Assembly: GCA_021810145.1 (NCBI GenBank)
Contig: JAJZJL010000003.1
Coordinates: forward strand, 7,218 to 71,217
Length of the DNA stretch: 64,000 nt
Direction: 5' to 3'
Source of the DNA: Planctomycetota bacterium
Lineage (GTDB): Bacteria > Planctomycetota > Phycisphaerae > WQYP01
Shown: piece by piece, positions 28,968 to 36,801 of the stretch
Position numbering within the stretch: position 1 is the first letter of the stretch
Layout: each line of letters starts with the position of its first letter
Notes under the pieces: model-generated
Seen by the model: the letters and a program-made list of their open reading frames with translations, nothing else
The model's database searches: none
Told to the model about the DNA's origin: nothing
Made by a program: the position numbers and the translations under genes

Positions 28968-30353
28968 TTAACCGGCAACGGGCACCAGTTCATAATGGTG
29001 CGGCACGGGCTTATTGGCCTTGAATTCGCGCTTTACAATGACGTTGCCAAGCTTATTCATAGCTTTAACCACACCGGCAACCGCTCGCTTTGCGGCGGGG
29101 TCATTTTCCGTGGTGACAGGCATGTTCGGCTTGATCCATCCCCAGTTTTCCAACATGGTTTGCACACCATGCCAGGCTACAAAATGGTTCTGGATTTCTT
29201 CCCAGACAATATTATTTACATGGTATGCCTGCCACAGCATCGGCGTGAAATAGCGGGAAAGGTTGATCCCCGCCGAGAGCTGTTGCGGCGTAAATTCACC
29301 GACTGATTTGCCATCAATCAGCAGATTGTAATGCGCTGCCGACAGGCCTTTGACCGTCAGCATTTCCCGATCCAATTGATGAGTAAAGCCGCAGAGTTTA
29401 TCAATCAGCGCCCCCACCGGATTGGTATATTTGGGATTCGGCTGCGGCGGCAGGAAGTAGCTCCATGACGGAAACTGCGGCCATTTTTCGTGCAGATCAA
29501 TAATGGGCATCGGCAGCGAGCCATCAAGTTGCGTCCAGGTCAGTGTGCCATTGGCTGATTTCAAACCGCTGATTTTGGTGTTCGCGGCGCGGGTCACGCT
29601 GCCGGAAGCGGCGTTGATGTTCACATTGGTAACGGTCGCCGGAGCACCCCAGGCTTTGAGCAGGGCCTGGGCCATCATCATTTCCGCCGCCGCACTGGGA
29701 TGAACGCGACCCGGAAAAATCTCTTTGGCGACGGCCGGATTGATCTTTTCGGCTTTTTTCAGCACGTCAACCATCGGCGTATTAAAATCGACATACAAGA
29801 GATGATTTTTCGCGGCCAGATGCTTCACAAAGGCATTGTAACGAAGCAGCACAGCGTTGTATCCGCCGGGAAATCCCATTTTTTGCGTTACATCGTCATA
29901 CGGACTTGTGCCCAGCAGCACAATGCGCACGCCCGGAAGATGGCGCTTCAGCGCCCGGATAATGTGCTCATAACCTGAGGTAAACGTGTCGTACACTTTC
30001 TTGTTGAATGGTCGATATTCGGCATCATTCATGGCCAACATGATGGTGACCACATTGGGCTTAAATGGATAAACATCACGTTTCAAACGGACATTAATCG
30101 GACCAGCCCAGCCGCCGCCCACGCGATCACCGCCTACGCCGGCATCGACAAACCGCACATGCAGCTTGGGGAACCGCGTTAAGACATAGGTTTGCACATC
30201 AGCGGGATAAAACCGCTGTTCGGTGATGCTGTCACCATAGAAACAGACGCGATCGCCGTTCTTAAGAAAGAACTTCTGTTTGGCGGCCATTGCCGGTGAG
30301 GCCAGCGCCAACAGCAGAAGCGACAGCGACACAAGAAAATACAGTGGTTTCAT
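28968..30353 (-). CDS. exported SGNH/GDSL-family hydrolase (esterase), paralog 1
   Basis: Signal peptide 'LLLLALASPAMA', block I 'FYGDSITEQ', 'GVGGDRV' and 'TIMLAMNDA'. A C-terminal extension of about 230 aa is of unknown type. Confidence 0.75.
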   Translation of the reverse strand: MKPLYFLVSLSLLLLALASPAMAAKQKFFLKNGDRVCFYGDSITEQRFYPADVQTYVLTRFPKLHVRFVDAGVGGDRVGGGWAGPINVRLKRDVYPFKPNVVTIMLAMNDAEYRPFNKKVYDTFTSGYEHIIRALKRHLPGVRIVLLGTSPYDDVTQKMGFPGGYNAVLLRYNAFVKHLAAKNHLLYVDFNTPMVDVLKKAEKINPAVAKEIFPGRVHPSAAAEMMMAQALLKAWGAPATVTNVNINAASGSVTRAANTKISGLKSANGTLTWTQLDGSLPMPIIDLHEKWPQFPSWSYFLPPQPNPKYTNPVGALIDKLCGFTHQLDREMLTVKGLSAAHYNLLIDGKSVGEFTPQQLSAGINLSRYFTPMLWQAYHVNNIVWEEIQNHFVAWHGVQTMLENWGWIKPNMPVTTENDPAAKRAVAGVVKAMNKLGNVIVKREFKANKPVPHHYELVPVAG

Positions 30354-30460
30354 AAGGGGCTCCAGATGGTCCGACGAAAATCAATGACTGCGGTTTGCCC
30401 GCCGACGGTACCGCAGGGTTAGAATCTTTTATACGGTCCAATCCGCCTTGTCAACCGGGG
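30211..30460. repeat. near-identical 5' segment (promoter/leader/signal peptide/GDS block) shared with 32265..32508
   Basis: Direct comparison by eye shows only scattered substitutions and one 6-nt indel across about 250 nt. The remainder of the two genes is much more diverged. Confidence 0.7.
30426..30454 (-). promoter_or_regulatory. candidate sigma70-type promoter of SGNH paralog 1
   Basis: On the minus strand, TTGACA (30454..30449) is followed 15-17 nt later by the TATAAAAG region (30433..30426). The TTGACA is conserved in the paralog's copy. Confidence 0.3.
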
Positions 30461-30961
30461 TTAGTGGCCGGGGACCGCGAGCCACTTGACCGGCACGTTA
30501 CTTTCTCTTTATTGCCGGCCACCGTTTCACAATCGCTTTCCGGCAGCCCATGGCGGACCTGCATCCACGAAACAGCATCGCATCGGTGAGTGCATCGACA
30601 TGCGCGAGAGACTGAAACACGCACTTAATGAGCGCGTCGGATCACGTTGTCCCCGGTTTCCAGGGGAGATTGTTCGCCCCGGTACGACAGGCACGCGATG
30701 ATTACCGGCCAAAACGGCAAGTGCCTTCGCCGATCCGCTGGCCACGCGTAACCCGCATAAAAAGTCCCTTTACGCATGGCGGTGGCACAAAGGCACGGCC
30801 CTATGAGCGAGAGACAGTTCTTGTACTCCGGGCATATTTGTGCAACGTGTCGGATGGCTGCACCAGCCGAGCGTCATTGCCAAAAGAGCCGGGCCGCGGC
30901 GTGAGCGGTCAACGATGGCCAGCGGCCCGAACGCAGGGGAAACCATCGCTGCGCGGCAAAC

Positions 30962-32401
30962 TCAATGCCCCGCGGGGACAAGCTCATAGTGGCAGGGCAG
31001 CGGCCGCGATGCCTTGCGGGCATGATCCAGAAAGGCGTTACCTGCGGCATACGACGCTTGCTGTATCAGCGAATTGTCCAGCGCGATTGCGGCGGCGGGC
31101 ATCTGATGCTCTTCCAGCAACCAATGAGCGTGGTTCCTCGGATAGTTGCTCATGGGCAAAATACATTGCCGCCAGAAAGCAAACTCAAGCTGCACCTGCT
31201 GCCATATCAGCGCAAAGACACCATTGGCCTGTTGGAGCATTGGTGTGTTGTATCTGGCGAGATTCAGGCCCGCAGCCAAAGCAGTTGCGTTGAATGTGCC
31301 GATCGCCTGACCATCGATTTTCAACGTGTAATTGCCCGGCGTTAAACCCGTGATGGCCAGAGACTGGTCATCAAGTGATGCATAAAAATGCGAGCAGTGC
31401 AGCGCCAGAGCCACGGCCGGATTGGTGTAATCAGGGTTGTACAAAGGCAGATTGCCAATGCCCGTTGGAGGAAACTGCCAGAAGGCAGCGCAGTGGAGCG
31501 GCCACAACGGCATGGGCAGCGAGCGGTCCATTTGCGTCCAGGAGACGATGCCGTGCAATTTTTTGAGATTGCTTACACGGGTATGGACCGCGCGATTAAC
31601 GCGGCTGTCGCCCGCATCGATGCTGACTGTTGACACAACCGGTCCAGCTCCGAATCCCCGAAGCAACTGCTGCGCCATGATAAGCTGCCCGGCGGCGGCA
31701 GGGTGCACGCGACCGGGAATAATCTGACTTGCCAGGCTCGGATTAATCTCTTTTGCGGCTTTAATCGCGTTAACCAGCGGCGTATTAAAATCCACGCAAC
31801 GCAGCTTGTACTTCGCGGCCAACTTACGCACAAAGACAGCGTAGCGGCGCAACACATCGTTATAGCCGCCATGGCTGTCATCGAGTTTGTCAGTATGCGG
31901 GTGCAGCCAGGGCAGGTGCAGCGGAAAGCCGGGCTTCTGGGTTACATCATCGAATGCGGACGGCTCAATAAGCACAATTTTTACACCGGGTAAATGCGCC
32001 TCAAGCGAGTTGATAATATGAATGTATCCCTTGGCGTAGACGTTAAAAATTTTCCTGCTCCACGGGTGATAGCTCGCATCGTTCATGCCGAGCATAATGG
32101 TGACAACCGTAGGCTTAAACGGAAAGACATCGCGCTTGAGCCGCAGGTCGATCGGCCCGGCCCAACCACCGCCAACCCTGTCGCCGCCCACGCCGGCGTT
32201 TACAAATTTCAATTTGAGGTTGGGGTAGCGAGTTGTTATGCAGCTTTCAGTAAATGTTGTATACAACCGCTGTTCGGTGATGCTGTCACCATAGAAACAG
32301 ACGCGATCGCCATTCTTAAGAAAAAATGGATGTTTGGCGGCCATTGCCGGCGAGGCCAGCGCCAAGAGCAGAAGCGAAAGCAGAAAATACACTGGTTTCA
32401 T
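30962..32401 (-). CDS. exported SGNH/GDSL-family hydrolase (esterase), paralog 2
   Basis: Signal peptide 'LLLLALASPAMA', 'FYGDSITEQ', 'GVGGDRV' and 'TIMLGMNDA'. Collinear with paralog 1 and carries an extra insert ('LHLPWLHPHTDKLDDSHGG'). Confidence 0.75.
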   Translation of the reverse strand: MKPVYFLLSLLLLALASPAMAAKHPFFLKNGDRVCFYGDSITEQRLYTTFTESCITTRYPNLKLKFVNAGVGGDRVGGGWAGPIDLRLKRDVFPFKPTVVTIMLGMNDASYHPWSRKIFNVYAKGYIHIINSLEAHLPGVKIVLIEPSAFDDVTQKPGFPLHLPWLHPHTDKLDDSHGGYNDVLRRYAVFVRKLAAKYKLRCVDFNTPLVNAIKAAKEINPSLASQIIPGRVHPAAAGQLIMAQQLLRGFGAGPVVSTVSIDAGDSRVNRAVHTRVSNLKKLHGIVSWTQMDRSLPMPLWPLHCAAFWQFPPTGIGNLPLYNPDYTNPAVALALHCSHFYASLDDQSLAITGLTPGNYTLKIDGQAIGTFNATALAAGLNLARYNTPMLQQANGVFALIWQQVQLEFAFWRQCILPMSNYPRNHAHWLLEEHQMPAAAIALDNSLIQQASYAAGNAFLDHARKASRPLPCHYELVPAGH

Positions 32402-32508
32402 AAGGTCCTCCAGATGGTCCGACGAAAATCAATGACTGCGGTTTGCCCACCGACGGTACTGCGGGCGTAAAAGCTTTTAAACCGTCGAATCCGCCCTGTC
32501 AACCGGGG
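32265..32508. repeat. second copy of the conserved SGNH 5' segment
   Basis: See 30211..30460. Confidence 0.7.
32475..32502 (-). promoter_or_regulatory. candidate sigma70-type promoter of SGNH paralog 2
   Basis: On the minus strand, TTGACA (32502..32497), a 16-nt spacer, then TTAAAA (32480..32475). Confidence 0.3.
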
Positions 32509-32597
32509 CATCGATGCCAGGGTGACATCGGTGACATTTCTACTTCTTGACAACATGGCTTAAGTGGCCGAACGGCACATGCGGATTGACCGGACAA

Positions 32598-34151
32598 ATG
32601 GCCATTGATACCCTTATTGCCATGACCGCACTCCCGCCACCCTCATTGCATGTCCCCCGATGGCGACTATTGACAGCGTGGCTTTTTCTGTTCCTGATGG
32701 CACTTGCGATAGACCAGATATGGGTTCATCTCTGGCGGATTGTACCGATCGGTTACGCGACGACAAGGTTGACGGAACCCATTTCAAGCAATGGCGGAGT
32801 TAATTATGTGCGGGCGCTGAACCAATTGGCTTGCAAGGGGGTCACGGGTGGTAATAATGCGGCGGTGTTATTAATCAGGGCGGTGGGGCCCGGTCAGTTC
32901 CCGGAGCGGACTTGGTATGGCAAGAATATTTTACGACAACTGGATATGCCGCCATTCGCGCCTGGCGCGAGCCGGCTTATCTCGCTTTCCGACTGGATTG
33001 AGAAACACCCTCTACCGGCGAACTCGAGCCGCGACGCTCGGCGGCGCATGGAGTTGAGACTCGGCAGCGAACCGTGGACGGCGACAAACTATCCCGTGAT
33101 CGCACAATGGATACGAGCCAATAACCGGCCGCTTTTACTGTTGGCCCAAGCAACCAGGCGGCCACGCTACTATGTTCCCCTGGAGAGTCCGGACCACGGC
33201 TTGGTACACGCCCGAGTGCCCCTGCTCCGCCCTCTTACGCGCCTGACTTCGGTCGCGGCAATGCGCGGGATGTTGCGGCTTGGCCAGGGTAACATTGCCG
33301 GCGCAACGCGCTGGGCCAATCGAATCCATCGATTGGCGGTACTGGTCATGCAGGCTCCTGACGTTGTTTCATATCTTGTGGGACTGCGTTTTGAGAATAT
33401 TGCGATGAGGATGTTTCAGGCGGTGGCAAATTCGGGCAGGCTTTCCGTCAAGCAACTCGACGCCCTGTCTCATTCGGTCGAGAGCCTTGCTGAACTTCCA
33501 CCTCTTACGGAAGCCCTGAATGATCAACGTTACACCGGATTAAGCATGCTCATGATGCTCGACCAGAATGGTTTGATGATCCTTCGTATCCATCACGTTT
33601 CGCGCACGGAAAAGGAATTTGTGAACGCAATTTTTCCAATAGATTATGCGGCGATGATGCGGCGAGAAAACCGGATTTTCGATAAGGAGGTGGCGGCCGC
33701 GAAGCGGACAGACTTTCTGGAAGAATGCCGTGAGATGCAGCGACTCAAGAATGTCATCGATGGTTACGCTTCACCCCTTCGTGTCGCATTGAATCCCGCA
33801 GATATTGCAGTCGTGCTGGCGAATCCGGCTGCGGTTCACATTGCCAGTTACCGCCGGGGCGCGGCTGTGATCCGGTGTCTCACGGAGGTTGCCATCGCGC
33901 TGGCGCAATTCAAATTGGTGCATGGGAGCTACCCCGCCGCGCTGGCCGACCTTGTACCGGGCGAGCTTAAAAGCCCTCCCATCGACGCGTTCAGCGGAGG
34001 GCCGTTTCAATATGCCGTTACCAGCGACCGACGGGGCTTCCGGGTGAAGAGTCATGGGCCGCCGCCGGGCGTGGGGGGATGGAGGCTCAACGCCGATATG
34101 GCTCCATTTATTACCGCCCGAGGCGGGAACTGGCCGGCAGCGCAGAGGTAA
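32598..34151 (+). CDS. hypothetical membrane-anchored helical protein
   Basis: The long ORF starts at TTG 32547 in the track; the first ATG is at 32598. There is one TM segment ('LLTAWLFLFLMALAI'), a helical body and the C-terminal motif 'IDAFSGGPFQYAV...GFRVKSHGP'. No family was assigned. Confidence 0.4.
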   Translation: MAIDTLIAMTALPPPSLHVPRWRLLTAWLFLFLMALAIDQIWVHLWRIVPIGYATTRLTEPISSNGGVNYVRALNQLACKGVTGGNNAAVLLIRAVGPGQFPERTWYGKNILRQLDMPPFAPGASRLISLSDWIEKHPLPANSSRDARRRMELRLGSEPWTATNYPVIAQWIRANNRPLLLLAQATRRPRYYVPLESPDHGLVHARVPLLRPLTRLTSVAAMRGMLRLGQGNIAGATRWANRIHRLAVLVMQAPDVVSYLVGLRFENIAMRMFQAVANSGRLSVKQLDALSHSVESLAELPPLTEALNDQRYTGLSMLMMLDQNGLMILRIHHVSRTEKEFVNAIFPIDYAAMMRRENRIFDKEVAAAKRTDFLEECREMQRLKNVIDGYASPLRVALNPADIAVVLANPAAVHIASYRRGAAVIRCLTEVAIALAQFKLVHGSYPAALADLVPGELKSPPIDAFSGGPFQYAVTSDRRGFRVKSHGPPPGVGGWRLNADMAPFITARGGNWPAAQR

Positions 34152-34320
34152 GGAACGCAGGTCTTGCGTTGCGAGGAACGGCGCAATTAAGCGAAACGCG
34201 AAAAAGAGAATATGCCCAACCCAAGCAGTGTTCACTTGGTGACGCAAACTGCGATCATGTAATTGCCGGATATAGCGAGCCGCTTTGCCGAGGATGGTTC
34301 CGATAGTTAAAATTCGCGTC

Positions 34321-35448
34321 ATGTTGACGCGCATGTATGTGGATAATTATAAGTGCTTCGTAAATTTCGAGTGTAACTTTGCATCCAAGCAGTTAATTCT
34401 TGGCGCAAACGGGACTGGAAAGACAACGATTCTCGATGTACTTGCCACGCTGCGCGATTTCTGCATCCGTGGCGAGGCAATTGCGGACCGTTTTGGCGGG
34501 AGGTCGCGTACAAGATGGCAGAACCCAGCCGTGCCCGAACAGACATTTGAACTGGACGTCACCGGGAATAACGGAATCTATACGCTTCGCCTGGTGGTCG
34601 ATTCATGGGGCGTCCCGGAGCGGCCGCGCGTCATAACGGAATCCGTGAGTTATTCCGGAAAGCCAATTTTTCGGTTTGAGAGGGGTGAAGTTTTTCTATA
34701 CAACGATCAGCATGAAGAAAAGGTGAAATACCCCTTTGACTGGCATCGCTCGGCACTGGCAACGATCGCGGAACGCCGAGACAACCGAAAGCTTTGCTGG
34801 TTCAAGAACTGGCTGGGCGAACTGCTATACGTCAGCCCCGACCCCAGAAAGATCAGCGGGGTTGCGTCGCGGGAGTTGAAATACCCGGACCAATATCTGG
34901 AAAATTTTGCGGACTGGTTTCGACATCTCCGCCAAGAAACCGACGACCACGCATATATCAAGGATCTTACGGAGGTCATTGAGGGATTTTCCGCTATGCG
35001 TCTGGAGGATGCGGGCGAACACCGCCGAGAGATCAAAATTCGATTGGCCCCTTTCGGTGGCGACCGAAATGGAAAACCGATAACCGAATATCTGCTAAGT
35101 GAACTCTCTGACGGCCAGCGGGTGCTCATTGCGCTCTACGCCATTCTGCACTTTTCCGTCAAACCCGGCGCAACGCTGTGTTTTGACGAGCCGGACAATT
35201 TTATCGCGCTTGGAGAGATCCAAGCGTGGCTTACCAAAATCCTTGAACGTGCTGAGGATGTTGAGCCAGAATGTCAGGTTCTAATTGTCTCCCACCATCC
35301 GGAGCTTCTCAACCGCATGGCGTTCCAGAATGGGCTGCTACTCGATCGTCCGGACGGACGCCACGCCCGTTGTCGGCGCTTTGGCGATACGTTGCAAACA
35401 GGATTGACCGCCGCGGAACTAATGGCCCGGGGATGGGACAATGGGTAA
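34321..35448 (+). CDS. ABC/SMC-like ATPase of the AAA_21/AAA_15 (OLD / AriA / RloA-like) type
   Basis: 'MLTRMYVDNYKCF' N-terminus, then Walker A 'GANGTGKTT', signature-like 'LSDGQRVLIAL', Walker B 'LCFDEPDNF' and H-loop 'VSHHPELL'. The track start 34285 is TTG; the ATG at 34321 fits the family N-terminus. Confidence 0.7.
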   Translation: MLTRMYVDNYKCFVNFECNFASKQLILGANGTGKTTILDVLATLRDFCIRGEAIADRFGGRSRTRWQNPAVPEQTFELDVTGNNGIYTLRLVVDSWGVPERPRVITESVSYSGKPIFRFERGEVFLYNDQHEEKVKYPFDWHRSALATIAERRDNRKLCWFKNWLGELLYVSPDPRKISGVASRELKYPDQYLENFADWFRHLRQETDDHAYIKDLTEVIEGFSAMRLEDAGEHRREIKIRLAPFGGDRNGKPITEYLLSELSDGQRVLIALYAILHFSVKPGATLCFDEPDNFIALGEIQAWLTKILERAEDVEPECQVLIVSHHPELLNRMAFQNGLLLDRPDGRHARCRRFGDTLQTGLTAAELMARGWDNG

Positions 35449-35452
35449 GTGA

Positions 35453-35986
35453 ATGTCGCAAGTGATCCTGCTTTGCGAGGACGATCCGCAGGAACGGTTG
35501 GTTCGCTGTTATCTGGAGCAGTGCGGTTTCAATACGGCGGCACCGTATCTGCGACCGATTAACGCCAGCCGGATGGTCCACGGCGGAAACGTGCAGTGGG
35601 TGCTGCGCGAGTTTCCCAACCAGCTTCAGGCCTGTCGCAAACGCCACGCTGCGTTCGCGAATACACTGCTGATTGTCGTAGCGGATGCGGATGACTTTGC
35701 CGTTAAGGATCGCGAAAGGCAGTTTTGGGAGGTGCCACTGGAAAGCAATGCCGACGATCCGCTTGTGATACTGATTCCACGCCGCCATGTCGAAACGTGG
35801 ATACGCTCCGCTCTCGGTGATGCGGTTAATGAAACCGACGGCTACAAAACACCCAAGCCAGGGAAAAGTGACATCCGACTCGCCGCTCAGCGCATTCATG
35901 CATGGTGTCACAGCCAAGAGGAACCCGTCCCAGGGTGTGTACAGTCGCTGCGTGCGGCTTTACCGCTGTGGCGGAGAATCGGATAG
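35453..35986 (+). CDS. small Toprim-like / RloB-like (DUF4276-like) protein, partner of the upstream ATPase
   Basis: The ATG lies 4 nt after the ATPase stop. 'VILLCEDDPQERLVRCYL' resembles the 'CEGxxTE' strand of RloB/Toprim proteins, 'LLIVVADADDF' supplies a DxD, and 'LIPRRHVETWI' resembles the RloB 'NPCFELW' block. Assignment is by motif pattern only. Confidence 0.45.
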   Translation: MSQVILLCEDDPQERLVRCYLEQCGFNTAAPYLRPINASRMVHGGNVQWVLREFPNQLQACRKRHAAFANTLLIVVADADDFAVKDRERQFWEVPLESNADDPLVILIPRRHVETWIRSALGDAVNETDGYKTPKPGKSDIRLAAQRIHAWCHSQEEPVPGCVQSLRAALPLWRRIG

Positions 35987-35990
35987 CGTG

Positions 35991-36773
35991 TCATGGCTTT
36001 TCAGCTTCGATTTTTCCCAGCAAACGCAGCAGGCCATCAAGAATGGTCATCGGGTGCGGCGGGCAGCCGGGGATGAAGAGGTCAATGGGTACCACGCTGG
36101 CGGCACCGTTATGGACTTCGGGGTGGTTGATAAAGGGGCCGCCGGACAGCGCACAGGCACCGACGGCGATGACAATTTTGGGATCCGGCACGGCATCATA
36201 GGCCGTTTTCAGGGCTTGCTTCATATTTTCCGTTACCGGCCCGGTAATCAGCAGGCCATCGGCATGACGCGGAGAGGCGACAAAAGATATTCCGAAGCGG
36301 GACAAATCCCAGCCAATGGTGTTCAGCACGTTAACATCAGATTCACAGCCGTTGCAGCCGCCGGCACAGACCTGCCGCAGTTGCAGGCTGCGGCCAAAGA
36401 GCTTCCGCAATTTACCGTCCAGTGCGGCAGCCAATTTGAGTTCCTGCCCCGCATCAACAACAAGATCCGATGCCTGCCGCACGGTCAGGCGATAATCGCG
36501 CGAATAGGTTATCGCTTTTTCCGGACATGAATCGGCACAATCCGTACAGAACAGGCAGCGGCCCATATCCAGCTTTATGGCGCCATCAGCAATGGCAATC
36601 GCCTGCGTGGGACAGGCATCGGCGCATTGTCGGCAGGTATCCGGACATCGGGCGGCATCAAATATCGGCCGGCCACGAAATCGCGCCGGCATTTCCGGCG
36701 CCGGCGCGCCGGCATCGGGATAACGCATGGTGCGGTGACCCTGTTGAATACGGGTAATGAGCGTTTTTATCAT
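35991..36773 (-). CDS. fused 2x[4Fe-4S] ferredoxin (HycF/HyfH-like) + NuoB/HycG-like small subunit of a group-4-hydrogenase-related complex
   Basis: N-terminal half has 'CRQCADACP' and 'CLFCTDCADSCP'. C-terminal half has 'GGCNGCESD', 'GACALSGGPF' and 'IPGCPPHP' (NuoB/HycG cluster ligands). Confidence 0.8.
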   Translation of the reverse strand: MIKTLITRIQQGHRTMRYPDAGAPAPEMPARFRGRPIFDAARCPDTCRQCADACPTQAIAIADGAIKLDMGRCLFCTDCADSCPEKAITYSRDYRLTVRQASDLVVDAGQELKLAAALDGKLRKLFGRSLQLRQVCAGGCNGCESDVNVLNTIGWDLSRFGISFVASPRHADGLLITGPVTENMKQALKTAYDAVPDPKIVIAVGACALSGGPFINHPEVHNGAASVVPIDLFIPGCPPHPMTILDGLLRLLGKIEAEKP

Positions 36774-36801
36774 CGCATGTTCTCCGATGGATCAGCGGGA
36801 A

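Noticed and set aside
30628-31293. 221-aa plus-strand ORF in and beyond the SGNH spacer
   Set aside because: It has Arg/Ala/Pro-rich low-complexity translation. Its 3' third is antisense to the well-supported SGNH paralog 2, and it has no RBS or motifs.
35309-36530. ORFs 35309..35917 (-) and 35787..36530 (+) overlapping the Toprim-like and small-subunit genes
   Set aside because: They are antisense shadows of genes with recognisable motifs, and the translations are compositionally biased with no motifs.
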